Part shown: positions 61,301-64,000 of the stretch, one piece after another
Layout of the letters: the number at the start of each line of letters is the position of its first letter
Position numbering within the stretch: position 1 is the first letter of the stretch
Assembly: GCF_009914755.1 (NCBI RefSeq)
Contig: NC_060948.1
DNA from: the human T2T-CHM13v2.0 reference genome, Homo sapiens
Direction: 5' to 3' (one strand)
Length of the DNA: 64,000 bases
Translations under genes and position numbers: made by a program
The notes under the pieces: model-generated
Database searches by the model: none
Told to the model about the DNA's origin: nothing
What the model saw: only the letters and a program-made list of their open reading frames with translations

Positions 61301-64000
61301 GGGGGTGGATTGTCACCTCTTTTCTTTGTGGGATGCATGGGATAGTCCCATGATCCTAGGAGAGGGCAGACATGTGCCAGCCTGAAGAATCATCAAGCAA
61401 TGTCCTAGCAATAAACAGTGAAATTCCTAAGGATCCAAAAGAATCAGAAGGATGGCTCAGGCCTGCCTACATGTTACAGTGGTGAGTTCTTTAGAAACTT
61501 GCCCCACTGTGATTTCTAGGTACAACCCGCCTGTGTTCCTGGGGTTGCTCTCTCCATAGTGGGGATTTCTGCTGAACCATGCAGCCTCAGAAGCTGCTGG
61601 GCTGTGTGTTTTTGTGGGAGTGTTGCTAGTGTTGGATGTCTGCCTTTTTGTGTGGTTTTGTGTGCTTGTGTGGTGTGTGTGTGCGTGTGTGCGTGTGTTC
61701 CTGTAAGTGGAGTCTGCTTACATAAATGTGGCTAATGCACTGAAGACCTTATTTAGGTTGAGTCCCCCAAGCATTTGGTGGCCTGTGTGGCTCTGCCTGG
61801 GCTGTGAGACTCTGTGTTCTTTATTTTCCTATGGATAAAGAATCTGCAGTGATTTGAGAGGCTGGCTGTGACCTGTCCAGGTGCAAATCACCTACCCCTG
61901 AAATAAAAGCCACTCTTCTTCAAAGAAGAGGATCACACATTACCCAAGAATGGACATCTCCCAGTGTTTCACTGTCCTGTGGCCAAGCCCAAGAGAGACA
62001 CTAGCAGTCCTACATGCAGGGCCTTTTGAAATTACCTCAAATTTAGTTAGCTGCTGAGTAGGTGCTTCCTGTCATGAGGCAGCACTCCTCAACAATTTGA
62101 GTGTTGTTGAAAGTCACTGTGGACCGACTATGAAAGAAAGAAAAAATGAATAAGGTCAGAGAGGCATGAGGATGCAGTCTGGTTAGGATTGGATGGGGTC
62201 CTGCACCTTCACCTGCAAAAAAAAGGTGAAGCATGCTGACACAGAAGTTTCTTCCAGCTGAATTCCCACATTCCTTTAGTTGCACAAGCAGTCCACACCA
62301 TGGCCCGGTGTTCAGGAGGGAGTACTCCAACGTACAAAAAACATTTGGAGTGCAAATTGGGGCCATCTCGGCAAACTCCCAATTTGAGGGCTTTTATACC
62401 CAGAGCCAAATGGGAGTGGTATGGATTGATGCTGGGTGGGATGTGGCCTCCGGACTTGCATCTTCTTATCCTGACTTCCATATTCCTCGTCTGCCTCGTG
62501 TATCCTGGGTCCGGCTCACTGTCTTCCACACTACACATTTCTCAGTTCACCGACAATGACCCTCATGAAAATCCATTGCATGAGTGTTTCCTTCTAAACA
62601 CTGTCATGTTTTAAAAACTGGACATTTTCAATAGTTTTAAAATCATAAATTCCTGTTACAGTGCCAGCAAGGAAACTCTTGTTCTCCCACTTATATTGGC
62701 GGGCTGCATGATTCTGGTAGGATGAGAAGCAGGCAGGCATGTCTAGCTTTTTCCTGGAAATCTAGCCTCAGTTTTATTTCAACTACATGGACCTCTCATT
62801 GTGGAGGGGCTCTTTTGTTGGGCTGTTGCTTGATGGAACTGTCTCTTGCCACAGATTGTTTAGCTGCCAGGGATTTCAGAGAGCAAAAGGAACTTCAGGT
62901 AGGCTGGCTACCTTCCAGGTTGTGGGTCATGGTCTCATTTTGGGGGCTTAGGTTCTTTGCACTTTGCAGGAGACTTTTGGGTCCTCTGACAGGAATCATT
63001 GAGCATTGCATGGACTCCAGCACAAGGCAGCTCATTCTCTCAGGCGAGCCTTGATTTTTCTTTGCTTTCATGGGGAATCCACAGTGCCCTACATCAGCAC
63101 TAATGGACATCCCTTTTAGGCTTGCCATAGCCACAGATGGTCATTGAGACATTGTCTCAACCTCATCTGCACCCAGGAAGGGCCAGTCTGAGGTGTAAGA
63201 ACACACTCCACCTTGGACATGCCTTTGTAGTGGTTCCTGCCTTTCCCAAAAAGCCCCTGCAAGGCCCAGGATGAAGGGAGGCAGTGAGGTCCAAAGCCCA
63301 GTCATCTTTCACTGACACCCACCTCTGGGGTCTCAGTATGATTCTATTACCCAAAGCGCCCTCAACCACACACCAGACTATATACAAATTGTCATGAGAC
63401 CAGATTCTGCCTCATAGCCTCTCTCATAATGGAGTCAGAAGAGCAGTTTCTAGTGATCACCTCAGAGTCTCTAAATGCCTCCTCCTCCTGCAAGACTCGA
63501 ACACGCAGGTGGCCTGAAATGGCTCTGAGGCTGTGACTTTTAGGGTCCCACTGTGGGTTTCACAGGCAGCCTTTTTCCCAATACCAGGCCGGCTCTACCT
63601 GTACTGTTTTTCTCTGCTTAGGCAGGCTGACTTTCTTACAGCAGAGTGGCTGAGCCTGCCTCACAAATGCACATGTGCTAGTCTCAGGGCACCTGGCCTG
63701 ATTGTGAGTGCTGGCTAGTGTCACAGTGAATGTCACCATTGGCTAGCGACAAGTCCCTGAAGCTTGGCAGAGTAGGAAACCTCCATGGAGGTTCATCAGC
63801 TGTGGACTCTCACCTGTTTTCTCTGTGGGATCCATGGGTTAGTCCCATGATTCTAGGACAGGGCAAACATGAGTCAGCCTCAGAAAACATCAGAACCTCA
63901 GGAATAAACCATGATATTCTTAAGGTTCCAAAAAAGTCTGCTGGATTATTCAGGCCTGCCTAGATATTTTAGGGGTGAGTCTTTTGGAAATTGCCCCACT
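58340..64000. repeat. ~2.5 kb-unit tandem macrosatellite (SST1/MER22-like; Y NORF/TTTY-type array), ~2.3 units, continues past the window end
   Basis: GTCAGAAGAGCAGTTT at 58406, 60945, 63434 (periods 2539, 2489). ATACCAGGCCGGCT at 58553, 61082, 63581. No long ORF. Unit size agrees with the known ~2.5 kb Y NORF repeat. Confidence 0.85.
59380..59415 (+). repeat. (AAAC)9 STR within macrosatellite unit 1 (possibly DYS530)
   Basis: Nine AAAC units counted. Absent at the equivalent site of unit 2 (~61900). The marker name is from memory and is unverified. Confidence 0.7.

Overview
Primate genomic DNA, very likely human Y-chromosome (ampliconic, Yp11.2-type), with no intact protein-coding gene, RNA gene or CRISPR array. 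Layout: (i) two large blocks of old, diverged beta-satellite (BSR/Beta, ~70-75 bp monomers) at ~1-8270 and ~22420-35225, with a rearranged ~4.8-4.9 kb higher-order unit; (ii) intervening L1, Alu and ERV LTR fragments (MER11D, MER9, MER4-group internal, MST, LTR1); (iii) a single-exon RBMY relic (+, 39216-39330); (iv) a 5-exon, highly diverged TSPY pseudogene (-, ~49446-51677) whose 5' end is replaced by unrelated sequence and an inverted (twin-primed) L1; (v) the start of a ~2.5 kb-unit SST1/NORF (TTTY-type) tandem array (~58340-64000); (vi) compound STRs whose structures match my recollection of DYS596 and DYS530. I found no convincing new biological system. The most notable observations are a still-open TSPY exon 1 with a junction-derived ATG (193-aa intronless ORF), a 46-bp inverted templated insertion between SST1 units, and the nested repeat architecture of the beta-satellite. 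Family names come from recalled consensus sequences, not database searches, and boundaries of old repeats are approximate.
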